64,000 nucleotides of DNA, from contig DASRGI010000274.1 in the NCBI GenBank assembly GCA_035651095.1, positions 1,489-65,488 on the forward strand, read 5' to 3'. The position numbers and the translations under genes were made by a program. Of the stretch, positions 1-8,351 are shown one piece after another. Source of the DNA: Acidimicrobiales bacterium. Its GTDB lineage: Bacteria; Actinomycetota; Acidimicrobiia; Acidimicrobiales; JAUTXP01. The notes under the pieces were generated by a model. The model saw only the letters and a list, made by a program, of their open reading frames with translations. It ran no database searches and was not told the DNA's origin. Each line of letters opens with the position of its first letter. The stretch's first letter is position 1.

Positions 1-20
1 TGCGCGTCGATGGTGGATCC

Positions 21-707
21 CTACGTGAGGTCGGCCCGGAGGGCGTCGAAGTCCTGCCGCAACTCGTCCAGGTCGGCCCGCAGCGACGCCACCTCCGCCT
101 CCAGGGCCGCCACCCGCTCGGCACCCGGCGCGGGGGCGATCGGGGGCGCCGAACCGCGGCCGTCGCCGTCACGGCCGCCGTCGCCGTCGCCATCCGCGGC
201 CTCGGCCACCCGCACCTCGCCCAGGAGGTGCACCCAGCGGGCGTCCTTCTGCCCGGGCTGGCGCTCGAGCCGCCGCACCAGGGCCTCGTCCTCCCGGCGG
301 GCCAGTCCGCCCAGCACCGCTTCCACCTCCTCCAACGAGGCGAAGGTGGCCAGCCGCTCCGTCCGCCCCCGCAGTTCCCCCACCGTCTGGGGCCCCCGGA
401 GCAGGAGCACGCACAGCACTGCCGCCTCGTGCCGGGTGAGGCGGCGCTCCTCCTCGAACACCTGCCGGTACTTGGTGGCCCGGTTGGACGGGCTGTACAC
501 GATGCGGAGCAGGCCCTTCTCCCGGAGGCCGTCCAGGGCCCGGTGGACGGTCGACTCCTCGTAGCGGACCACCGGGTTCCGGTTCGACGTCTGGTTGGAC
601 GCCGCCAGGAGCCCGTTCATGGTCATCGGGTAGACGTCGGGCGTGACGTACTGCTTCTCCAGCAGGGCACCCAGCACCCGCTGTTCCTCGGGCGTCAGAT
701 CGGTCAT
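21..707 (-). CDS. YceH/DUF480 (UPF0502) family protein
   Basis: 228-aa ORF. The N-terminus MTDLTPEEQRVLGALLEKQYVTPDVYPMTMNGL... resembles the DUF480/YceH family as I remember it. It has an acidic Gly/Asp-rich linker and a coiled-coil-like tail (LEAEVASLRADLDELRQDF). Confidence 0.75.
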   Translation of the reverse strand: MTDLTPEEQRVLGALLEKQYVTPDVYPMTMNGLLAASNQTSNRNPVVRYEESTVHRALDGLREKGLLRIVYSPSNRATKYRQVFEEERRLTRHEAAVLCVLLLRGPQTVGELRGRTERLATFASLEEVEAVLGGLARREDEALVRRLERQPGQKDARWVHLLGEVRVAEAADGDGDGGRDGDGRGSAPPIAPAPGAERVAALEAEVASLRADLDELRQDFDALRADLT

Positions 708-812
708 GCCTCCGGCATAGCACCCGCGCCGGCGCCCCTCGCGGCCCCCGGCCCCTGCCCCGAAACGAGAGGGTCAGAGTCGGTGTCACACCCCAGTGCT
801 TTACTGGCCGGC

Positions 813-2072
813 ATGGCCCAGGACGCCACCGCTGCCGCCGCAGCAGCCGCAGCAGCCGCAGCCGCCGCAGCGCGGCGCGGGTCCACCCACCCGCCCCTGT
901 CCCGGCGCACGCCGTACCGGGCGGAGGACTGGTTCAGCGAGGTCGAACTGGCCGAGGCGCGTGCCTACGCCGGCCCCCTCAACCGCATGAAGGTGCTGCG
1001 GTCGCTCCTGTCATCGCTCGTGGTCATCGTCCTCGTCTTCACCAAGGCCGGGCCCCACCTGCTCCGGGCCCTGGGCGTCCACAACTGGGTGCTGGGGCTC
1101 GCGGTGATGGCCTTCATGGTCACCGTCGCCGACACGGTGGCCACGGCGTGGATCTCCGGCTGGCAACAGCTCGTGTACGACAAGCGGTGGGACCTCAGCA
1201 ACCAGACGCCGCGCCGGTTCGTGGTCGATCAGTTGAAGGACGTGGTCCTCAGCACCGTGCTGATGACGGTGCTGCTCCTGCCCGTCTACGTAGCCGTGCG
1301 GGCGACCGACCAGTGGTGGCTGTGGGGCTGGCTCGGGTTCATGGCCCTCATCCTGGGCCTGGCCTTCGTGTACCCGGTCGTGATCATGCCCCGCTTCAAC
1401 AAGTTCACCCCGCTGGTCGACGGTGAGCTGCGCCGGCGCATCGAGTCGGTGGCGGCACAGGCGGGCACCCGTATCGAGGGCGTCTACACCATGGATGCCA
1501 GCAAGCGCACCAAACGGGGCAACGCGTTCGTGGCCGGGTTCGGAGCCACCACGAGGGTCGTCCTGTTCGACACCATCCTCGACGATCCCCTCCACACCAC
1601 CGAGCAGATCGTGGCCCACGAGATCGGGCACTACCGGCTCAAACACGTGGTCAAATCGGTGCCCTTCCAAGCCGTGCTGTTCCTCGGCGCCTTCCTGGTC
1701 CTTGCCGCCGCGGGCCACTGGCACGCGCTCCTCCGCTGGGCCGGGGTCAGCCGCCTGGGCGACCCCGGCAGCGTGCCGCTGTTCCTCCTCGCCTTCGGGG
1801 CCGTGTGGGGCGTGCTCAACCTGGCGCAGGCATGGTTCAGCCGGTTCAAGGAGCGGGAGGCGGACCTCGAAGCGCTCGAGCTGCTGGCCCGACCGGCGGC
1901 GTTCATCGAGCTGTGGCGGCGGATGGCACCCAAGGACAAGGTGGAGCTCGAGCCGTCGTGGTGGACTCGGCTGAACCACACGCATCCCGAGGTGCCTGAG
2001 CGCATGGCGTTCGCCCAGGCGTGGGCCGATGCCAATGGGATCCCTGCCGACCCCCCGCCGGTCGACCGTTGA
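813..2072 (+). CDS. M48 family zinc metallopeptidase (Ste24/HtpX-like), multi-pass membrane protein
   Basis: HEIGH zinc motif (VAHEIGHYRLKHV) plus a downstream E (EREADLEALE), with several hydrophobic helices. The start is taken at ATG 813, in frame with the long ORF 228..2072. The N-terminus carries a 14-Ala tract. Confidence 0.8.
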   Translation: MAQDATAAAAAAAAAAAAAARRGSTHPPLSRRTPYRAEDWFSEVELAEARAYAGPLNRMKVLRSLLSSLVVIVLVFTKAGPHLLRALGVHNWVLGLAVMAFMVTVADTVATAWISGWQQLVYDKRWDLSNQTPRRFVVDQLKDVVLSTVLMTVLLLPVYVAVRATDQWWLWGWLGFMALILGLAFVYPVVIMPRFNKFTPLVDGELRRRIESVAAQAGTRIEGVYTMDASKRTKRGNAFVAGFGATTRVVLFDTILDDPLHTTEQIVAHEIGHYRLKHVVKSVPFQAVLFLGAFLVLAAAGHWHALLRWAGVSRLGDPGSVPLFLLAFGAVWGVLNLAQAWFSRFKEREADLEALELLARPAAFIELWRRMAPKDKVELEPSWWTRLNHTHPEVPERMAFAQAWADANGIPADPPPVDR

Positions 2073-2188
2073 GCGCGCGTGCGCTCCCGTCTGCTACACC
2101 TTCCCGGACCGCGCCGGAAGGCGAGGTCCGGGGAGGCAACACATGGACGACGGGGACTGCTGGGGTCCCTCGCTACCAGGGTGAGGCC

Positions 2189-3142
2189 GTGGGCGAGCGA
2201 ATCCTGGTCATCGACGACGAAGCTGACATAGCCCGCGTCCTCGAGCTCACGCTCGAGGACGCGGGGTACGAGGTCCGCGTGGCCAACGGGTCGCGCGAGG
2301 GGTTGCAAACGGCCCTCGAGTTCCGCCCGGACCTCGTGCTGCTCGACATCTCCATGCCCGAGATGGACGGGCTGCAGGTGACGCGCGCCCTGCGGGCCGA
2401 CGCGGTGACGTCGTCGACCAGCATCATCCTGGTCACGGCGAAGGCCTCCATGGACGACCGGGTGGTCGGCCTGGCCGCCGGGGCAGACGACTACGTCGTC
2501 AAGCCCTTCGACATCGACGAGCTCCTCAGCCGCATCAACGCCGCCCTGCGTCGCGGGCGCCAGCTACGGGGCGTGTCACCGCTCACCGGGCTGCCGGGCA
2601 ACTTCGACATCCTCCGCCAGCTCGAGGACCTCTTGCACGCCGACGGACCCAGTTTCGCCCTGGCCCACGCCGACCTCGACAACTTCAAGGCATACAACGA
2701 CCACTACGGCTTCGTGCGAGGCGACCAGGCCATCCAGGCCACGGCGGAGCTGCTCCTCACCGAACTGGGCAAAGTGCTCACCCGCCCCCGCTTCCTGGGT
2801 CACGTGGGCGGCGACGACTTCGCCCTCCTCCTGCCGGCGGCCGTGGCCGAGGAGGTGGCCGAGGCCATCGTGGAGGGCTTCAGCGCCCTCCTCCCGCGCC
2901 TCTACGAGCCTGCCGATCTGGTACGGGGCGTGGTCGTGGTCACCACCCGCGACGGCAAGACCCGTGATGTTCCCCTGCTCGGCATCTCCCTGGGTCTGGC
3001 CACCACCGCACACCGGCCGTTCGGCTCGGCCGTGGAGATGGCGGCGGTGGCAACCGAGATGAAGCAGTTCGCCAAGCACCAGGTCGGCTCCACCTGGCGG
3101 ATCGACCGCCGCCGGGGTGACCGGTCCCCGCCTCCCGTCTAG
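2189..3142 (+). CDS. Response regulator with receiver domain fused to a GGDEF-like domain (variant GGDDF motif)
   Basis: Receiver motifs: ILVIDDEADI, LVLLDISMPEMDG, ILVTAK, DDYVVKPF. GGDEF-like region: LTGLPGN, DLDNFKAYNDHYGF, GHVGGDDFALLL. The start at GTG 2189 is a guess, because the ORF is open from 2021. Confidence 0.8.
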   Translation: MGERILVIDDEADIARVLELTLEDAGYEVRVANGSREGLQTALEFRPDLVLLDISMPEMDGLQVTRALRADAVTSSTSIILVTAKASMDDRVVGLAAGADDYVVKPFDIDELLSRINAALRRGRQLRGVSPLTGLPGNFDILRQLEDLLHADGPSFALAHADLDNFKAYNDHYGFVRGDQAIQATAELLLTELGKVLTRPRFLGHVGGDDFALLLPAAVAEEVAEAIVEGFSALLPRLYEPADLVRGVVVVTTRDGKTRDVPLLGISLGLATTAHRPFGSAVEMAAVATEMKQFAKHQVGSTWRIDRRRGDRSPPPV

Positions 3143-3247
3143 CGAGGCACCGGGCGGACGCTGCCGGGCGTTGCCGGCGGGTTGTCCGTCACATTTCCGC
3201 GTGACTCACCGCCACGATTCTTCGGCTCGTTCGTAGTAATCCATGAA

Positions 3248-3511
3248 ATGGGCCGTCGCGCCGTCACCCAGGTGCGCCGGGGACCGACCGGCGAGATCAT
3301 CGCCGTGAGCGATCCCGGCCAGCCCTGGGCGCCTCGCGCGCGGGACGACGTCGTGGCCGACACCGTCAGCGGCGAGCACACGTACTACGTGCCCTGGCCC
3401 GAGGGCGACATGGACATCATGGTCATCGAGGATGCGAGTGGGCCGCGCCTGCACACCAACCGGCGGCCAGGGTCCGGCAACGACTTGCTGACCCTGCCCG
3501 AGTGCCCGTAG
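3248..3511 (+). CDS. DUF3892-like small protein
   Basis: 87 aa counted from ATG 3248. The C-terminal ...GNDLLTLPECP and the central HTYYV pattern resemble DUF3892 as I recall it. The assignment is tentative. Confidence 0.55.
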   Translation: MGRRAVTQVRRGPTGEIIAVSDPGQPWAPRARDDVVADTVSGEHTYYVPWPEGDMDIMVIEDASGPRLHTNRRPGSGNDLLTLPECP

Positions 3512-3522
3512 CGATCCGAGGT

Positions 3523-4464
3523 TCAGGCGCCCTCGTCCCGCTCGGTGTCGAACACGACCTCGACGTCCAACTCCTCCGCTCCCCGCACCACCCTGAGAAC
3601 CACCCGGTCGCCGGCGCCGAGGCCGTCCAGCACGGCGTGCAGGTCGTCGGGGGTGGCGAGGGCCCGGCCCCCGGCCTCGACCAGGAGGTCGCCCTCGGCG
3701 AGGCCGGCCCGGGCGGCGGGGCTGCCGTCGGCGACGCCCCGCACCAGCAGCCCGTCCCGATCGGGGAGGCCCACGGCCCGGCGCAGATGACGTGCCACCC
3801 GTGACGGGGCCAGGGCCACGCCCAACCGAGGTCGCACGGTGGACTCGCCCCGGGCCAGGGCCTCGACCCGCCCTCGCAGCTCGGCGTCGGCCGGGATGGC
3901 CAGGTAGAAGCCCTCGCCCAGGCGGTGGGTGTTGACGCCCACCAGGCGGCCCTCGGCGTCGAACACCGGCCCACCCGACGCGCCCCGGGGCAAGGGCGCG
4001 GTGTGCTCGAGGCTCCCCCCGATCCGCCGTCCCCGTGGACCGCGGAACGCCCGGTCGGCGGCCGAGATCACGCCGAAGGTCACCCGCAAGCCCCGGCCTC
4101 CCGGGTTGGCGGCGGCGAACACGGCGTCGCCGGCTGCGGCCGGAGGGTTGTCGCCAGCGCTGGTATCGGCCCAGGCGACGGGCGCGATGTCGCCGGTGTC
4201 GGCCGTGAGGGCGGCCAGGTCACCGTCCGGGTCGATGCCTTTGAGCTGGGCCCGGACCGCTTGCCCATCGGCGAAGGTCACCCACACGTCCTCTCCGGCG
4301 ACGTTGTGGGCGTTGGTGAGCACCACGCCGTCGGCCACCACCACGCCCGATCCCACGGCCCGGCCGCCGGCCACGCCCACGACGGCGGGACCGCTCACCA
4401 CCCGGATGTGGGCGATCGCAGCTGCGATCGCACCCAGCACGTCACTCCCGTTGGCCTCGGCCAT
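3523..4464 (-). CDS. Trypsin-like serine protease with C-terminal PDZ domain (S1C/HtrA-like)
   Basis: Catalytic triad context VVLTNAHNV (His), DLAAL (Asp) and GASGGPVF (Ser). A PDZ-like segment follows (GLLVRGVADGSPAARAGLAEGDLLVEAGG). No obvious signal peptide. Confidence 0.85.
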   Translation of the reverse strand: MAEANGSDVLGAIAAAIAHIRVVSGPAVVGVAGGRAVGSGVVVADGVVLTNAHNVAGEDVWVTFADGQAVRAQLKGIDPDGDLAALTADTGDIAPVAWADTSAGDNPPAAAGDAVFAAANPGGRGLRVTFGVISAADRAFRGPRGRRIGGSLEHTAPLPRGASGGPVFDAEGRLVGVNTHRLGEGFYLAIPADAELRGRVEALARGESTVRPRLGVALAPSRVARHLRRAVGLPDRDGLLVRGVADGSPAARAGLAEGDLLVEAGGRALATPDDLHAVLDGLGAGDRVVLRVVRGAEELDVEVVFDTERDEGA

Positions 4465-4553
4465 GACCGACCTCGTTCCCCTCGGCTCTCACCTCCGAGT
4501 AACTTGCAACTTGCAAGTGAGTATGTCAAGGGGGATGCTGTTCCCGCGACCCG

Positions 4554-5054
4554 ATGCGGGCGAAACTGCGAGCGATGACCACCGATTCCCCGCCACCCCC
4601 GGCACCTGGTCCCCTCCCCCATGCGGCCGCTGGGCTGGATGTCGCCCTGGCCTTGGTGGGCGACCGGTGGTCGCTGCTGGTGATCCACGCCCTCCTGGGC
4701 GGCGCCCGGCGGTTCAACGACCTGCTGGAGGACATCCCGGGCCTGGCCCCCAACGTCTTGAGCCACCGGCTCAAGCACCTGGAGCGGGAGACGCTCCTGG
4801 TCGCCACGCCCTACAGCCGCCGCCCGCCCCGCTTCCGGTACCAGCTCACCGCCGCGGGGGGCGAACTGGCCGATGCCCTGCGCATCCTGGCCCGGTGGGG
4901 CGGGAGCCATGCCGGCGACGACGCCGGCGACGCGGGCCACGACCCCGGGCCGGCTCACTCCCTGTGCGGCACGGCGCTGGAGATCCGGTGGTACTGCCCG
5001 ACCTGTGGTCGGGTCGTGGAGGACGACGAGTCCGACGCGCTCCACCACTTCTAG
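4554..5054 (+). CDS. HxlR family winged-helix transcriptional regulator
   Basis: LALVGDRWSLLVIHALLGGARRFNDLLEDIPGLAPNVLSHRLKHLERETLLV is a typical HxlR core. The C-terminal Cys pairs (CGT...CPTCG) suggest an added zinc ribbon. The start could be the internal ATG (MTTDS). Confidence 0.8.
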   Translation: MRAKLRAMTTDSPPPPAPGPLPHAAAGLDVALALVGDRWSLLVIHALLGGARRFNDLLEDIPGLAPNVLSHRLKHLERETLLVATPYSRRPPRFRYQLTAAGGELADALRILARWGGSHAGDDAGDAGHDPGPAHSLCGTALEIRWYCPTCGRVVEDDESDALHHF

Positions 5055-5157
5055 TTCCTCACTTAAGCCATATTTAGCGAGGATTACCGGCTCAGCGCCT
5101 TCCGGACCGTCGCACGGGGGCGTGACACGCTTCCCGCAAACGCTTTGACCTGGCAAG

Positions 5158-5688
5158 ATGCGCACGATGACGGACTTCGCAGAGCAAGTGCAGGCGTGGT
5201 TCACCGAGCGGGTTCCGGAAGATTGGTTCCTCTCGGGTTTCGAGGTCGCCGTCGATCGGGAGGAGATCCTGATCGAGGGCGAGATCGAGGTCCCGGAAAT
5301 CCCGAAGCGGGCAGCACCGAGCGTCCGAGCCTCTGCATGCAAGGCGCGCCTCGACCGGTTCCGTGACGAGACCCGAGCGACCCGTGCCAGCGTCAGCCGT
5401 GACGGTGAAGCGCTGTTCGGGCGAAAGATCTCCTGGGGGGCGACATGTGGAGAGCAGCACAAGCTCTTCACGCAACTGAGCGTGCCGGTGATGACCCGGT
5501 TGCGCATGAGCGAGCGGGCCGTGCTGGACACGTTGGTGGACGCCAGCGTGGCCCGCAGCCGAAGCGACGCACTGGCATGGTGCGTCCGGTTGGTGGGAGC
5601 CAACCAGGCCCGCTGGATCGACGAGCTCAGGGACGCCCTGGTCCACGTCGAGCGGGTCCGGGCCGACGGACCTCCGCTCGTCGACTGA
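5158..5688 (+). CDS. Hypothetical protein with C-terminal ribbon-helix-helix (CopG-like) segment
   Basis: 176-aa ORF with high GC3. The C-terminal VMTRLRMSERAVLDTLVDASVARSRSDALAWCVRLV looks like an RHH strand-helix-helix ending in the common RS(E/D)a motif. Confidence 0.55.
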   Translation: MRTMTDFAEQVQAWFTERVPEDWFLSGFEVAVDREEILIEGEIEVPEIPKRAAPSVRASACKARLDRFRDETRATRASVSRDGEALFGRKISWGATCGEQHKLFTQLSVPVMTRLRMSERAVLDTLVDASVARSRSDALAWCVRLVGANQARWIDELRDALVHVERVRADGPPLVD

Positions 5689-5694
5689 CGGCGC

Positions 5695-6573
5695 TCAGGA
5701 TCGTGAGGCGGGCACGAAGCGGCCGTCGCGCGCGGGCCGGATCAGCCTGAGGGACACGGCCAGGGCGGCGGCGTGGGCCCGGTCCTTGGCGCCCAGCCGG
5801 AACCGCACGGCTTCGAGCAGGTCCTTCACGTAGTGCGTTGAGTAGCCCAGGTGGCGAGCGATGTCGTCATTGGTCGCGCCGGACGCCACGCCGGCGAGCA
5901 CCCGGGCCTCGAGGGCCGATACCCGGTCGAGGGGCGACCCCAACACGCCGGCCCCGTCCCACGTCCGGCCCTGAACTGCGGCCAGAACAGCAGCCAGGAC
6001 GCTGTCCGGCGGGGCCGTGCTGGCCAGGCACGTGCGAGCGCCGGCTGCGATTGATGCCACCCGGGCACCCCGAACCCGAAAGCGGGTGACCACGATCAGT
6101 TCGGGCCGGCGAGCCAGCGGCCGGAACCGGTGGTTGAGGGCCTGGACATCCCCATCAGGGAGGAACAGCTCCGACAGGACGACCTCGGGCTGGGTGTGGC
6201 GGGCAGCCTCGACCGCCTCGGCCATGGTGGCGGCACTGGCTCGGAGGGACAGCGTGTCGGCTCGTTCCACGATCTGGCAGAGCCGGGTGCGACCCTCGGC
6301 GTCGCCGTCGACCACCAGCACGGCTACCGGCTCCTCGCGATCCCACGTCTTCTCCGGCGACGGCAGCAGGGGCGCTCGGCGAGCGCCCCGCCGGCCTGTA
6401 CCGCCCCGCTGCCGATCAGGTCGGCGGGCAGCAGCGTCCCGGCTCCCGGCCGGCTCGCCGCCGGGCGCGCCCCACTCGTTGGTCGGGGCGGCCGCGGCGG
6501 CGCGCCCCTGCTGGGAGTCGCCGGTGGCTCCGCCGCCCGCCTCGCCCGTCGCGGGCATCGCTCGCGTATCCAT
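5695..6573 (-). CDS. LuxR-family HTH regulator with atypical (pseudo-)receiver domain
   Basis: C-terminal LuxR HTH (LSALEARVLAGVASGATNDDIARHLGYSTHYVKDLLEAVRFRLGAKDRAHAAALAV). The middle region is receiver-like (VAVLVVDGDAEG...PEVVLSELFLPDG...LIVVTRF), but Glu sits where the phospho-acceptor Asp is expected. The N-terminal ~90 aa are low-complexity, so the true start is uncertain. Confidence 0.7.
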   Translation of the reverse strand: MDTRAMPATGEAGGGATGDSQQGRAAAAAPTNEWGAPGGEPAGSRDAAARRPDRQRGGTGRRGARRAPLLPSPEKTWDREEPVAVLVVDGDAEGRTRLCQIVERADTLSLRASAATMAEAVEAARHTQPEVVLSELFLPDGDVQALNHRFRPLARRPELIVVTRFRVRGARVASIAAGARTCLASTAPPDSVLAAVLAAVQGRTWDGAGVLGSPLDRVSALEARVLAGVASGATNDDIARHLGYSTHYVKDLLEAVRFRLGAKDRAHAAALAVSLRLIRPARDGRFVPASRS

Positions 6574-6896
6574 CTGACTCTCATTACGAGCGACGAGAGG
6601 AAACGTGGCGCGAAATCACCAGAAACTTCTTTCGCCGGGATGGGCTTGCACCCATACCAGGCGACACCTTTTCCGCCTGCAGCCGTAGCAGGGCTGCCGC
6701 AATGCGACTCCTCGTCTTCAGGCAACCCCGGAGCCCGCCTCCCCGCCCGGCCCACTGTCACACCCGAGAATTACACTGGTGTCATTCCATGCCCGGGCCT
6801 GGCCGGGCCGCTCGCGGGAGGGACACCCGCCTCGCTCGCCGTGCCGCGCCCCGTGCCGGCCGGACTTCATCCCGGTAGTGACGAAGAAGGAGCGCA

Positions 6897-6998
6897 ATGA
6901 CTCCCGATTCCCATGCGGGCGCGCCCCCGTGCCCGCGTCGGGCTCCCTCGGCCGAGCCCTCCCCCGGCTCGGCTCCTGTCCGGGGAGCCCTTCCATGA
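6897..6998 (+). CDS. Candidate 33-aa upstream ORF, translationally coupled to the next gene
   Basis: ATG 6897 lies 6 nt after a strong Shine-Dalgarno-like GAAGGAG (6884-6890). The in-frame stop TGA 6996-6998 overlaps ATG 6995 of the next ORF as ATGA. Peptide: MTPDSHAGAPPCPRRAPSAEPSPGSAPVRGALP. No homology was recognised. Confidence 0.3.
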   Translation: MTPDSHAGAPPCPRRAPSAEPSPGSAPVRGALP

Positions 6999-7372
6999 CG
7001 GACGCGCCGGTCGCAACCGCCGGCGTCGTACGGGCAACCCGGTTCGAGCTCGTCGATGCGGACGGCCACGTCCGCGCCGTCCTGGGCGATCTGGGAAGCC
7101 CCGATCCCGAGCTGGCCGTCGTCGGCTTCGCCATGGTCGACGTCGACGGTCGTCAGCGAGTGTGGATAGCGTTGGATGCCACAGGTCCGAACATGGTGTT
7201 CGACCTGGGCGGCAACGCCGTGCTCACGTTCGGCGTGAACGACCCCGCGCCGGACGCGCTCCATGTGGGAGCGTATCTGCACGTCAGTAACGCCAGCGGT
7301 ACCAACGTCCTCGGGTGGCGCATCGAAGACGACGGTTCCGTCAGCATGCGGCTGGGCGGGCCCACCACGTGA
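6995..7372 (+). CDS. Hypothetical protein (125 aa) with repeated beta-strand-like DxDG motifs
   Basis: ATG 6995 lies within ORF 6779..7372 and the frame has high GC3. Motifs recur: FELVDADGHVRAVLG, FAMVDVDGRQRVWIAL, WRIEDDGSVSM. No family was recognised. Confidence 0.5.
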   Translation: MTDAPVATAGVVRATRFELVDADGHVRAVLGDLGSPDPELAVVGFAMVDVDGRQRVWIALDATGPNMVFDLGGNAVLTFGVNDPAPDALHVGAYLHVSNASGTNVLGWRIEDDGSVSMRLGGPTT

Positions 7373-7497
7373 ACGGGTCCCCCACCGCCCGGCCGCCACC
7401 GTAAAGGCTCGCGTCGGCGGCGCGGGCGGCGACCCGGTGCCCCAGAGTTACTCATAGTCTGTAGACCGATAGGCGTCGGCACAGTCAGATCCTGCTG

Positions 7498-7731
7498 ATG
7501 GCCCGCGGGCGGGAGCGATCGAGCGTCACCGTTGAGTTCGGCAGGCGCGTGAGAGCGTTCCGGAAGGAACGCGGCTTGTCACAGGAGCGCCTGGCCGAGC
7601 TGGCCGGCATTCACCGGACCTACGTGGGCTCGCTCGAACGGGGTGAGCGCAACGTCGCGCTCATCAACATCGTCCGCCTCGCCCGTGCCCTCGAGGTCAA
7701 CGCCGCCGACCTCGTGCGCGACCTCGGCTAA
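7498..7731 (+). CDS. XRE-family helix-turn-helix transcriptional regulator
   Basis: 77 aa. FGRRVRAFRKERGLSQERLAELAGIHRTYVGSLERGERNVALINIVRLARAL is a textbook HTH_3/XRE domain. Confidence 0.85.
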   Translation: MARGRERSSVTVEFGRRVRAFRKERGLSQERLAELAGIHRTYVGSLERGERNVALINIVRLARALEVNAADLVRDLG

Positions 7732-7738
7732 CTGCCGG

Positions 7739-8260
7739 CTAACTGTCGAGCGTCGGGTCCTCGAACACCAGCGTCCCGGGCCACTGGGCAGTCGTGACGG
7801 TTCCGGTCACGCATCCAACGGTTGCCGTCGGCACCTGGACGAAGGTGCCCACCGCGCCGAATGTGATTCCACTGGTCAGGACCATCATCACCACGTCGAC
7901 CCCCACCACGACCGTGGCAAGGGCGGTGACACCCGCGCCGAGCTGCCCCGGTCCTTTGAGCGTTAGCGGGCCCGAGTATGCGCCGGAGCCACAGGCGCCG
8001 CTGCCTCCTGGCAGCGTCCCAAACAGGGTGCCACCGCCGACCGATCCTCCAACGGCGCACGTCCCGGTGAAGTTGATGCTGATCTGCCCGGCGCCCGGTC
8101 CTGGAGCCACAGCTGGCGAGTACGTGACCGGTGCGTTGGTGAAGACACACCCGCCGGCCCAACCGTCAGTCGCCGCCGCCGGTGCGATGCTCGCGAACTG
8201 CGGGATGAGTACGGCGAGCGAGACCGCGACAATGGACGCGGTTCGGGTGAAGAAGCCCAT
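7739..8260 (-). CDS. Secreted Gly/Thr/Val-rich hypothetical protein
   Basis: The start is taken at ATG 8260 (MGFFTRTASIVAVSLAVLIPQFASIAPAAA), which gives a signal-peptide-like N-terminus. The mature part has 4 Cys. The gene lies 91 nt downstream of the ECF-fusion gene on the same strand. Confidence 0.55.
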   Translation of the reverse strand: MGFFTRTASIVAVSLAVLIPQFASIAPAAATDGWAGGCVFTNAPVTYSPAVAPGPGAGQISINFTGTCAVGGSVGGGTLFGTLPGGSGACGSGAYSGPLTLKGPGQLGAGVTALATVVVGVDVVMMVLTSGITFGAVGTFVQVPTATVGCVTGTVTTAQWPGTLVFEDPTLDS

Positions 8261-8351
8261 ATTGACGACCCCTGTACGCACGAGTGTTGCTACAAAGGAC
8301 TACGTCGTCAGACCGCCGTCGTGTCAGAAGATTTCTTGTGAAGACCTTTGC

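Noticed and set aside
150-200. GCCGTC-type short tandem repeats inside the YceH-family gene (encoding GDGDGGRDGDG).
   Set aside because: This is an acidic Gly/Asp linker within a coding region. The repeat is imperfect and explained by amino-acid composition, so it is not a distinct feature.
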